This document shows positions 24,931 to 37,476 of a DNA stretch of 64,000 bases, piece after piece; position 1 is the first letter of the stretch; the number at the start of each line of letters is the position of its first letter. The position numbers and the translations under genes are program-made. The notes beneath the pieces are model-generated. The model made no database searches, was not told where the DNA came from, and saw only the letters and a program-made list of their open reading frames with translations. The stretch comes from Callorhinchus milii (Eukaryota): assembly GCF_018977255.1 (NCBI RefSeq), contig NW_024704743.1, positions 105,588,001 to 105,652,000 on the forward strand. Reading direction: 5' to 3'.

Positions 24931-27900
24931 ACAATTAAGCTGCACATTGAGATTTTAGGCCCAGTTTAGGCTGATACTACAATACAGTACTGGGGAGCAT
25001 TGCATTGATAGAGGTGTTGTCATTCAGATGAGACTTTAAACTGAGGTTGTGTGTGCCTGTTCAAATTGACATTAAAGATGCCACAACACTTTTAGAAAAG
25101 AGAAGGGAGTTTCTCGCAGCTAACAATCCCCCAGTTAAAATTAATCATTAACTTCATGGCTACTTGTGGGTCATTACATCCTACTGATGTGAAAAGCTCA
25201 ATACCAAATGCAAGGATTATTATTTTATAAGCGTTACAGTGAAGGACTGCAATATTTGTTTAGCTCTTTGAATGAATGTTGTTTGTTTTCTCTTTTTTGC
25301 ATCTTTTTTCAATGAGAAGATGGGAGAAGACAGAGGGAGAGGATGAGTGAAAGGTGGTGATTAAAAAAGAAAAACACACTCATTGTAAGAAGATGTTTAA
25401 AGTCATTATTAAAGTTATTGTTTGATACCCCAAAGTGAATGTAAAGAACTGGGATAATCTTGATTAATCTTAAGGAATGTGAGAGAGAATTTGAACCAAA
25501 TGGAATGAGGTTTTTGTTTTTGGGTTCTGTGATACGTTTGATGAAGACTTGATGGATAGGTGTTATCCTTTTCCTTATTTGGAAGGATGGTGTCTTTACA
25601 ATCTATCTCAAATAAATGAAATGGACATTGTGTTGATACAAGAGACTCTACAACCAATTAAGAAGACCCAAAAGTCAACATTCCCAAGATCAGAAATGTG
25701 TGGCTTCGAGTTAACACCTGACATTGTCCTGATTAATGGAACTCTTAGTGCCTTGCAGTCTGCTTGGACGAGATCTTGAAAGGATTTTATGACGTGAAAG
25801 TGTCAACGAAGGTCAATTAATTGTCAAATTGAACTTTGTATCAGAGGAGCTCCCAAATTCCTGAGATTAAAAACCTTGATAACCTGAATCATCTTCTGCA
25901 GTTGTAAGCATGAAACTTGCAACTGTTTAATAACTGTCTTGCTGACTAATAAATTAACCCATTGATATATCCATTGCCTCTGTCTACTATCTTACCTCAG
26001 GGTCTTACCACATAAAAACCATTCAAACCATTCTATAAAATGGACCATCTTAAATAGACAAGCTATCACTTCTGATGCATTTGTTTCTGGGTAACAGACC
26101 AAGCTATGTTAAAGGCCATATGGTGAAAATGGATAAGGATTTGAATCGATTTAGACTTTATTTGGATCAAATTCATACATGGGCACCTAATCCATGTATG
26201 CTGCACTTGCTGGTAGGAACTATGCCAGACTTGTGTGGGCTGATATGTGCTCTGTATCACATTACTATTCCAAACCCAGTTATGCAATAGAGTATCTATT
26301 TTAAGAAACAACTCATGGGGTGGGTTCTGCAGCCCTAATGTTAAATACGACATATCTGGAGTGGTCTATCAACGTGTTTATATATGGTTCATACACTACC
26401 CGTTTAAAAGAGGTGATGTGGAATCATGCATTAATTTGGTAAATATTTGTGTTTCCTTCTGTGCTGTTCTCCAGGAATAACCAAAAGTTCAAATGGAAAT
26501 AATTTGTCCGGTCACAATCCTCATCATAAAACTATAATTGATGATAAACTGTCTGGTTCCACACAGGAATGTTACAAGAACGATTGATGTGAGAAGTAGA
26601 AATAGAGAGTTCTTGAAAACCAGAGAAACAGATTGTAAAATAATAACATTTTACAACAAAACACTTCTTTAGTTTAATGTCCAGGTGCCTTCTACTAGTG
26701 TACAATTTCATTATCCTTTTAAATCATTGTTTTAAATTTTTTCTTGTTTATACATGATTTTTCTGTCTCCTTTCATTCTATCTTTCAATTATCTTGCCTT
26801 TTGCTTTCTGCACCTTTTGTGCAATGTCACATTTTCACATTTGTTCTACTCCTTGTCTTCTTTGTTTTATGTAGCTTTTTGATGTTTTGCCACAAAAATC
26901 CAACAAAATGTGGCACTTGATCGCTTGTCACGTCAAAAGTCGTGCATTTATGCTGTGTTAAGACACTTCCATTGCCATGGTGACAATGGAATCAGTCAAC
27001 CTCAACACAAAAAAAGGAGGTTGTACACACACCATCTATTCTGTGTGCATTGGGCTGAGGTAAACGGTTGAAAATAGTAGGAGAATGAGACTGACAGAAA
27101 GATGTCAATGGCTTAAGTGTTCATAATGAGCTGTTAGTGTATTAATGATGTAGGTATCTGAAATAAGAATAGCAAAGCAAATGTGGTTGAAGTGAAACAA
27201 ATATCATTTGTTTTATAAGCAGGAATTCCAAATGGTGCTGCACACAAATCACATCTTTCTTGATTGACGCTAGTACCGTGCAGCACTTGGTATTGAGCAT
27301 CTGGGACCACTTTACTTGGCAGAGCTTAGCTTGTAGGATTGAAAGCATCTTCCCAGCTCCAAATCTGTTTCTGTCAGGTGGATCTCTTGGTTTCGTTCCA
27401 TCTGGGAAGATACTTTTTAAGACGTATACAGACATCGACAAAGAGGAGCTCTGTGGGGACCCACAGATTCAAACGCAGAACCGTAAACTAGTTCCGTGTT
27501 CTGTCCATATCTGACTTGAGTTATCCAGGACACTCGCTATTGGACATGCAGGGGGGTATTCTTGGTAAATTACCAGCCTTTGTCAGTGGTGTTGTATCGT
27601 CCATTCACTGACAGTAAATAAGTACCTTGAATGGGAATTCCTAAGTGCACAATGTTAATGTTTAGCCAAATTTATTGAGAAGTAAAAAATGAAATTGATC
27701 CATTGCCAGAGGTAATAGTAAATAATAATCTTTGCATTTGACATAGCACTATGTCAAACATTTCAAAACAATTCAGAGAATTTCTATAAAGTGTAGTGAC
27801 TATCTGCACACAGCCATGTCTGAAAAACAGCAATGAAGTGAATAACCAGTTTTATCTGGGGGTTTGGCTAGTCACTGGGCTTTTTCAAAAAGTGTCAAGG

Positions 27901-28739
27901 AAACTTTAATGTTCATCCAAAACAGTCAGTATATTTATCAAATAGGGAAATAACGTACCCCTGGGAATGCTGGAGGGAACATGTTACATACTGAAAAACA
28001 AATGCGTTTCCTTTCCCAGTATTTTATCTTGATATTGATGGGGAAGACTAGTAGTGTATAAAGTTACATCTATGGTGTAAAAATAAACAAAATATTGCAT
28101 TGGTCCATAATTATTTTCATTTTAATATATTTTTAAATTAAGGTTACAACATTTAATTACTTTTGACGGTGACATTCAACAGATCATTTTCTAACGTGAA
28201 TGAACAAGGAAGCATACTCATTCCGATTGAGATGAAAATAATTATACATAGGTTAATGGCAGCATACACAAACTGTGTAAATATAAATTTTCAAAAGAAC
28301 CGTTAACAGATTTCTGCATTTGCTAAGGCAACACTATACTGCCTGGAGCTAAATGAGTTAGCTGATCAGTGTTATTTCTGGTTTTATAAAGGCTTACAAA
28401 AAACTTAAAAGATTTTAAAATGCTTTGGTTTTGAGTCATAATTGATCAAATTCCAATTGATTACCTTCTGAAGGCTGCAGGTACTTGTTGAATAATTCAT
28501 TTCTAAAGTCTCTAAGGCTGGATCCTTTCTGTTACAACAGGTTTCTTTTTACTTATTTATATCCATGCAGTAATCAAAAAATATAAATTGAGAATTCTGC
28601 AATTTTCAAATTATTGCCTTTTGACAAAAATGCTTGCATTTGATATATCGCCTTATCACATTGGAAGGATGTCTCAAAGAGCTTCACAGGATTTACTGTG
28701 AAATGGAGCGACTATGTATTTGTAGGCAAACAAGGCAAC

Positions 28740-29150
28740 AACAACAAAATTACACTTATAGAACGCCTTTCATGTCGGATGTCTCAAAGCGCTGAACAGT
28801 CAGGTGTTGGGACCTGAGCATGGGGGAGGGTGGTGTAGGGGTGAGGGAAGGCAGAGAAGTGGGAGGGAGACCAAAGGCACAGTCGAAGAGAAGGGTCTTG
28901 AGACAGGCCTTGAAGGAGGCAAGGGAGAGAGCGAGGCAAAGGGATCGTGGGATGGAGTTCCAGTGTGGGGGCAGAGAAGCTGAAAGCCCGGCCACCGATG
29001 GTAGGGTGGGTCGGGTGGGAGACATGGAGCAGGCCGGAGCCCGATGGACGGAGGGAGCGGGCAGTTGGTAGGGAGTCAGCAGGTCAGAGAGTTAGGAGGG
29101 GGCAAGGCCATGGATGGCCTTAAAGATGAGGATGAGGATCTTGAGCTCAA
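28740..29150 (-). mobile_element. L2 3' fragment nested in a Deu-type SINE
   Basis: L2 tail and coding end; the SINE continues on both sides. Confidence 0.8.
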
Positions 29151-29220
29151 AGGCAGCACAATTCACACAATGTCCCACAAACAGCCATGAAATGAGGGAC
29201 CAATTTTATTTGGGGGCTAT

Positions 29221-29675
29221 AAACAAAAACAGAAGTCGCTGGGAACACTCAGCAGGTCAGGCAGCATCCATGGAGAAAAGAACGTGAGTCAATGTTTCGG
29301 ATCCATGACCCTTCGTCAGAACTGGGGCATTTTAGGAGGGAGAGGCTTTTAAGGGCTAACAGAGATGGGGGGAGGGGGGAGATTAACACCTCTATTCCCC
29401 TGCTTTGTTGCAATCCCCCCCCCCTTGTTCTGCATCATTTTCACCTCTTTAACTCATCATCCTATCCTCAACTCCATTTTCTCCTGTCTTCCTTGACCTG
29501 CCTCCCCTCTCCGTTAGCCCTTAAAAGCGTCTCCCTCCCAACAGCCCCAGTTCTGAAGAAGCGTCGTGGACCCGAAATGTTGATTCACTTTCCTTTCCAT
29601 AGATGCGGCCTGACCTGCTGAGTGTTCCCAGCGACTTCTGTTTTTGTTTTCAATTTTCAGCATCTGCAGTATTTT
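29221..29675. mobile_element. Penelope-like inverted (fold-back) terminal repeat pair
   Basis: 29221-29375 is the reverse complement of about 29500-29648. Confidence 0.75.
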
Positions 29676-30775
29676 GGGTTTCATTTGGGGGCTAGTTGGC
29701 CAAACACCATCTTTTTTTGGATAGTGCCACGGGATCATCTTTAATGTCCACCTGAAAAGGCAGACAGGACTTTGGTTTAACATCTCATCTGACGGACAGC
29801 ACCTCCGACAATCCAATGTTTCCCAGCATTGCACTGGAGTGTCAGCCTAATGTTCAACATGCTGACATGGGGTTTATTGTGCAATTTTGTAACAAAATAA
29901 CTAAAATACATTCATTTGGACTGGGATAAAAGTCCCACAAATCATTTAATCTTAATCAAACCAATTACCATCTGTGAAGGTGAGAGGGAACTACTCTCAG
30001 GACTCCATCTAAGAATCACTGTGGTGAATTGGAGAAAACCCAGCAGGATCCTTGAAATTGAATCCTTCTGAATATCTGTTGAATATATTTGAAATAAATG
30101 GTCTTATCGCAGATTATAGATGGTGAAAATAGCTGTGGTATTACTCTAATGCAGTAAATACCAAAAAAATCACTCACAGATTTTAGTTGTGGATAGTACA
30201 ATGCAAAGTTTTTTCTGTTGGCCCTGTGTACCCTTATCATTCATTCAGTTCTGGACATCTCTGAAACTATAGTTTGTAATTGGTAGCTATTGCAGATGGT
30301 AGACTGTTGCATTTTAATGATATAAAGTACCATTTTATTCTTTAAAAAGTAATTGAAAGTTGTGGACTGTTTGCTTGAAAAATCAAGTAAAACACATCTA
30401 TTTCATTCAAAATGTGTTTGTCCAACCATTACACAGCATCCAAAATTAATTGAAACACATACATGAATTCAAAGTGGCACAAGAATGTTTATACAACCAT
30501 TATTCTGGATCTTAAGGGACTGTGTGTGCAAGAGTCTCATCAATCTCATCAACATAAATGTACAGGAAGTTCTGTCCCTAACATTAGATACTGACTTTTG
30601 TTATGGAACACTGAGGTGCAGAGTTCATGTTCCTATTCAAAATGAGTTTATGGGTCAGCCAGCCAGCTGATCAACAAACAACAAGTCTACAATATGTTAC
30701 AGTTCTTCAAAAATATGATTGTGATGCAAAATTATAAAGATAACTGTAAATCTAGTGAACTACAAATGGAATTGT

Positions 30776-30884
30776 TTTATTAACACAAATGCAGATACAG
30801 ACATAAATTACTATTTAGAGAAGACAATAGAAAATGTTACAGCAATGATTGTATTTTATAGCACTTTTAAATAATCGTTTTATT
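30776..30884 (-). terminator. ATP6V1H: Two candidate AATAAA polyadenylation signals of ATP6V1H
   Basis: TTTATT on + at 30879-30884 and 30776-30781, 320-425 nt after the stop codon. Confidence 0.6.
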
Positions 30885-31201
30885 AGAATGCTTACTCTGA
30901 AATATATTTGCATCTGAAACACAAAAAAAATCAAAATATGTAGCTGATGCCAATATTACACTTAGAGTTTTCAAGTTATGCGTAATCACAATATACTTTC
31001 ATACCAAGCTGATCATCTTGAACTGTTTTCTACTTTGCTTAATATGATACATCTTAAAGAATTACAGCACACAAACACTTCAGAAAAAANCATTATCCAC
31101 TGACAAACTGTACTTCAAAATATTCAGCAACACACTTCTCTGTATTCCAGGTATAATAAGCCAATGGAAGTAACCATAGATGCAAGATTGGTAAGACAAA
31201 C

Positions 31202-31262
31202 TCAGCTTCTGGTGGTGACAGCTGGTGGTTGTTCTGACTGAAGCTGTTTTCCAAGATACTCC
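31202..31262 (-). CDS. ATP6V1H: V-ATPase subunit H, exon 14 coding part to stop
   Basis: EYLGKQLQSEQPPAVTTRS-TGA; the coding exons sum to 1449 nt (482 aa plus stop). Confidence 0.96.
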
Positions 31263-34200
31263 CTGACAAGAAAATGGAAAAAGTTTATCATAACATTTTA
31301 GAAAAGTCTGAGAAACAGTTTCTACAAAAATCTCATTATATATTCCATTCTAAAATGGATACTGTAATCATAACAATAAACAAGCATAGATAAGCTTTAA
31401 ATCTCAATACCAGATCTTAGTTCATTCAACAGAATTCCATTTGATTTATGTCAGCGCTATTTCAATATAGTGATAAGAACATCTAATAGACCTATAATTT
31501 AATGTGGGCCATAAGGCACAAAAGCTCGGTTGATATGCATTAAATTTTGGATACAATAAAAGGCTCAGCAAGCTAGTAGTACAGCAATACTGTGTCGCTG
31601 CAATTAATAAAATGTATCAAACACAAAGGAATCTAACTTTTCCCTGTCAACGGTTCGTTCTGACAAAAGGTTATCGACTGAAACGTTAACTCATTTTCCT
31701 CTCTTCATAGAGTGGGGAGCAGCATTTTAGATGTTGGAACTGATGAAAAAAACAACAGCTTGTTTTCACCTGAATCACTGCTAGCTTGGTATCAAGAAAA
31801 TAATCTTGCTCCTTTGATATATGCTTGTATATCACAATGTCCCAGTTCTGACGAAGGGTCATGGATCCGAAACATTGACTCACGTTCTTTTCTCCATGGA
31901 TGCTGCCTGACCTGCTGAGTGTTCCCAGCGACTTCTGTTTTTGTTTATTTTTTTATAGCCCCCAAATAAAATTGGTCCCTCATTTCATGGCTGTTTGTGG
32001 GACATTGTGTGAATTGTGCTGCCTTTGAGTTCAAGATCCTCATCCTCATCTTTAAGGCCATCCATGGCCTTGCCCCCTCCTAACTCTCTGACCTGCTGAC
32101 TCCCTACCAACTGCCCGCTCCCTCCGTCCATCGGGCTCCGGCCTGCTCCATGTCAGGAGGTTATCCCAAGGCACTGGACAGTCAGAGAATTTGACCCAAG
32201 CAGGGGGTTGTGATCAGGAGGTTTGGAGGGCAGGGAGAGTAGAGGTAGAAGCGTGGCCGAATGCGCAGCCAAAGAGGGTCTTGAGACATGCTTTGAAGAA
32301 AGCAAGGGAGGGAACAAGACAAAAGGGATTAGGGAATTGAGTTCCAAGGGGTAGGGCAGGGAAGCTAAAGGCCCAACTGCTGATGGTGGGGCAGGCCGGA
32401 GCCTGCTGAGTGGAGGGAGCAGAAAGGTTGATTACAAAATATTAGTGTGGTTTGGGCAAATTTTATAAAATTGACAATATTTTAGATACAAATATGGGAG
32501 TCATGACAATTTAAAATAAGAATTGAAAAATAAGAATAAAAGGGGGGCTGAAATTTCAGCTATTTATTTTATTAAGGTGGCATTTCAGAGATTCTAGAAT
32601 TTTCGAAAATGTTTGAAATCAGTCTTAACTTTGAAGCCTCCTTTTTTTGGCTAAGTTAAATTTTACTTCTTTGTATTTTTTGTATCCACACACTTAATCA
32701 TAAACTGTCAAACTTCCCTCGGAGATTGTAAATGGGAATGAATCCAACCCAAACCTTAATGTTATCCATATCAAGCAACCTTAGACATTAAAATTTGGTC
32801 ACTCAATCCATGACTGTTTGTGAGACACTGCTGTGCGCAATTGGCTGCCACGTTTTGCCCACAAAATATACAGTCAATTCACTTTAAGATATATTCTGTG
32901 AAGCGTTTTGAGACATCTCGAAGATGTGATAAGAAGCTATATCAAATGCAAGAATTATTATTATAAATAATTATAGCTGGAATATTGGAAGTAGAATGAT
33001 TTAAGTGGTAGTGACAAGCAAGACAGGGTCGAGTTATCCGGAGTTTACTGTATTTGAACAAAAATGTGCTCTAAGTGTTCGAAACAGTAGGGGGAGCAAC
33101 TGATCTGAAACCTGGAAATCTGCCGAACTACAAAAACAAATCAAAGAACAGTATGTTGTGTAATCTGTTTTTATAACAACAGGCCAATTCTCTCTAAAGA
33201 AAATTATTATACAGTGGTTAGCATACATTATAGGGACCATTTCAACTATCATTTTAAAATACGTTTGCATATTCATATTACATTAAAAATAATTATCACA
33301 ATATCAGAATAGAAAAAGCTAATTTGGTTGATTACTCTGAAGAAACCAATTTGCTAGTTTGTAGAAAAGCTCCTCTTCTTAAAATATATAGCTGTACAAG
33401 TTGATTTTAATTTTTAAGACAATTTGGTTTTATCCATATGTGCATTAAACATGGATAAAATCAAGTGTTTCACTGTCACAACATACAAAGAAATCAACAT
33501 AAGATAAAGAAAGTAACTTTGAAAAAAGTTATTTTATCAGCATATTAATAATATTGAAAGCTCATGATTTAGAAAAGGATTTGATTTCATAACACATATT
33601 ACACAACTATCAACAGATAACACATAAGACTTACACTCTTCCAAAGAAAAGCTCCTTATAAACCGACACTAAGCTTGAATAGACCCTTTCAAAATATTGT
33701 GTGTGCTGTCACGTATTGCTGTGGAATGAATATTATAAAGATTGTACATCGGATAGGCTTTGTGGCCCAACAGTGATATTTTGCAACCTAGAGATCTTTA
33801 ATTTAAAATCACAAAAATAAACAAGAGGAACAGTATTGTTTCTTAATGAAAATTGCCTTTCTTTGATGGCTGCAAGGATCCTAAATGAAGCAATTATGAG
33901 CAATTTCAGTCTGAATTTCTGAAGTATAAAAACTGGCTTTGACACACACACACACACACACACATACTTCTGACTAAAAACATGGCTCTCAACAATGGCA
34001 GGTTTAGAAGAGCTGAGATTCAAATTGCCAGTTTCAAGAGACCCTCTTGAAAGGCTTAATAAATTAAATATAACTTTTTTTTGTTTTTGCTGTTATACCA
34101 CAGGACATAATTATCAACCTTTTAGCAAAATGGGATAGGAGAATTTTGGCCCTGAGAAGAATGGATATACTGAATAGACTGCAAATACAGTTAATGTTGT

Positions 34201-36009
34201 CTAAATAAATGCCTTTAAAATAGAACTGTAAAAGCACCTGGTTGAAAATATAAATTAAGATTTTAAAATCAATGTAGACGGAACAAATTAAGTACTTCTT
34301 GGAACATGTTTGCTCCTGTGCTACTGAAATCTCATCTGTGGAAACAACAACAAGATTCCATTTATTGAGCGCCTTTCACGTCGGGAGGATGTCCCAAGGC
34401 GCTGTACAGTTGGGTCAGGACCCGAGCAGGGGGGAAATGGTCAGGGTGAGGGAAGGAGCGAGGAGGGGGTAGAGAGTCGAGAGGGGAGCCGAAGGCTCGG
34501 TCAAAGAGAAAGGTCTTGAGACCGGCCTTGAAGGAGGAAAGGGAGGAGGCGGCGAAGGCACTGGAGGATAGAGTTCCAGAGCCTAGGGGCTGAGAGGCTG
34601 AAGGCCCGACCACCGATGGTAGGGCGGTTGGGGCGGGGGATGTGGAGAGGACCGGAGCCAGAGGAACGGAGGGTACGGGCAGGTAGGTAGGGGGATAGTA
34701 GGTCAGAGAGGAAAGTAACCACCCACTTCAATTTTGCTTGATTATCTTCTGATTGTCCTCCTTGGGAGCATGAGGTATATTCTAAGACATTCATGAAGTG
34801 CTCTATATAAATGCAATTTGTTTTTAATTGTTTCTTTTGGCTGAACTGGCCCCTAGGTGACGTGCTTGGCAATGGCATATCGGAATCAAACCAATCTGTC
34901 AGTGGTCTTAGCAGTTTTGTTACTGAGCCCAGACAGGTCTGCAGTGTTCCAAGGCAAATAATAATGACAGACTTGCAGCCTAGCATATCAGCAGAAGATG
35001 GATTATCATTAATTCTACAGGACTAGTCCTAGCATCGATGCAGTTTTCATTTATTCAACACTTTAAGGATTATCCAACACTACACCCCAAAACATCAACT
35101 ACAATAAGAATTCTGTCTTGGAACCAGATCTTAACACAGGAAATCAGTACTGCTTTGCATCAAAACATTTTTAATAACCTCCACTTCTAAAATGTTTTCT
35201 GTGCCATATCTTTTCTCCAGGTGTGCAATTGATCCGTATTTGTACTGTGCATTCAATTTATAAAATAACGAGAAAGTAACAATACATTACAAAGTCAATC
35301 AATAACCAATTATCAAAACAAAAATCGTAATACACCAGACACCAAGACATTTCCTGTCTTACAAGGTGTGATGGCACCATTCTAATTTTTGTGATAAAAG
35401 TATAAAGTGCACTAACATTTTCAAAATAGAGCACAAGACTCAGTGTTACAAGATTGCTGCATCGCAATTTCTAATATGATTATTTGGGCTCACAGTCAAC
35501 GCAATAATGCAGTATTTATTAGAATTTTAATTTCATTTCTGCAATTTTACTGTTCTATCTGCTAACTTCAGAGTCCCTGGTACAATAAGTCAGTTTGCCA
35601 TCCAGATGCAAATGTATATTATAAGATTACTATTTACACAGATTATGAACTGTGGCTCTTAACAAATCTTCTCTTTGACCGTGCCTTCAGCTCCCCTCTT
35701 GACTCTCTTCCCCCTCCTCGCTCCCTCCCTTCCCTCCCCTCACCCTGACCATTTCCCCCCTCCTTGCTCCCTCCCTTCCATCACCCTGACCATTTCCCCC
35801 CTGCTCGGGTCATGACCCAACTGTGCAGCGCCTTGGGACGTCCTCCTGACGTGAAAGGCGCTTTATAAATGGAATCTTGTTGTTGTTGTTGTTGTTAACT
35901 ATTCTATTTCACACTATTAAATATAAATAATTACAAATACTGTTTCAATTCCTATTTTTCCAAAAAACTTTTACATAATTCCTGCAGCTGAATATCAGCA
36001 AGACGGAAG

Positions 36010-36790
36010 CCATACTATTTATCTTTCTCCTGTGGGTCTGAACTCCACCTCCCCGGGGACTTACTCAGACTCACCGAACCCGTGTGCAATTTAGGCGTCA
36101 GGTTCAATCCGTAGCTTTCCTTTCTACCACACATCCATTCTCTGACCAGGATTGCTTTTTTCCAACATTACATTGCCCACCTCCATGCATACTTCACAAC
36201 AAAAACAGCCGAAAGCCTCATCCACACCGTCGTCACTTCCTGGCTGGACTATTCTAATACCCTCCTCGCTAGTCTCGCCAGCTCCACCATACACAAAATT
36301 CAATTAATTCAAAACTCCACCATCCGGATACTCACCCACATAAAACTCTGTACCCCCATCACACCAGTCCTTGCCAGGCTCCACTTGCTCCAATTACCGA
36401 AAACGATTTCAAGATTCTCTTACTCACTTTCAAATCCCTTCATGCCCTCACACCTCCCTACCTATCCGATCTGCTTACCCTCCACCACCTGCTGACTCCA
36501 CTCGACTGGCTCCAGCCTCCTGTTTGGCCCTTGTCCCCTCCTCTCCATCATCTGTGGCCGTGTCTTCAGGCACTACGCCAGGAAACTCTGAGACTTTCTG
36601 CCTCAATCCCTCCATCTTGCCCTCTTCCTCCCCACTTTCAAATCCTGCCTAAAAATCTTCCTTTTTGATCATGCTTATGGTAAACTCCTCCCTTCCTCTG
36701 CCACTGGCTCGGTGTCAGACTCCATCACTTGTTAAGCGCTTGGGGGGCACTATCCCGGATGAAGGGCGCAATATAAATGCAAGTTGTTCT
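36010..36790 (+). mobile_element. Older L2 3' fragment
   Basis: Degenerate NLGV.F...L.F..HI / SRLDY.N.LL / LHWLP region followed by a tail. Confidence 0.75.
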
Positions 36791-36872
36791 CCAACAATTA
36801 CAAATTAAATTTGTATAGCACCTTTCCTGTCAGGAGGACATCCCAAGGAGCTGTACGTATACCTTTAAATAA

Positions 36873-37158
36873 TAATAATAATGCTTGGATTTGATACAGC
36901 GCCTTATCACATCTTCTAGATGTTTCAAAGAGCTTCAAAGTGAATTGACCGTATATTTTGTGGACAAAACCGGACAGCCAATTACCCCCAGAAAAGCGAT
37001 CTGCCATTCGACTAACAATCGGGTTCCTACTTACTGCTGGATAAATAGAAGCGTATGAAGTAATGAAACTTGCCCAATGTTTCACCGTGCCTGGGAATTG
37101 AACCCAGGTCTTCTCGCTTGTGAGCCGAGCGCTCTCACCACTAAGCTACAGGACTCCA
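36873..37158 (-). mobile_element. tRNA-derived SINE
   Basis: tRNA head at 37075-37158; (ATT)n tail. Confidence 0.8.
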
Positions 37159-37362
37159 TAGGAAAGTTCAACATAGGAAAATGTCCTGTGAACATTTTGT
37201 CATGCATAAACTATGAAAATGTGAAATGTACTGCTACAAACGGCTATAGTTGCAGCAGCAATAGAAATGTTTTAAAAGTAGATACACAGATACTTATGAA
37301 GTTTGTTTGTTTTAAAAAAAATCAACATGTAAATGATTTACTATATAATTATAACTACTCAC

Positions 37363-37476
37363 CAGTTATGTACCATTAGTTTTTGAACTGCCAAGAGAGC
37401 ATTGTAGCGAACCTGTTGGTCTTCATGGTGCATATGGTTCATTACCAGCTGCTTGCCTCCAAGTTGCTCAATTACA
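37363..37476 (-). CDS. ATP6V1H: V-ATPase subunit H, exon 13
   Basis: [37 protein letters not shown](W); 114 nt. Confidence 0.97.

Noticed and set aside
31090..31090. Single N in the ATP6V1H 3' UTR
   Set aside because: It is an assembly ambiguity; noted only as a caveat for the nearby duplication calls.
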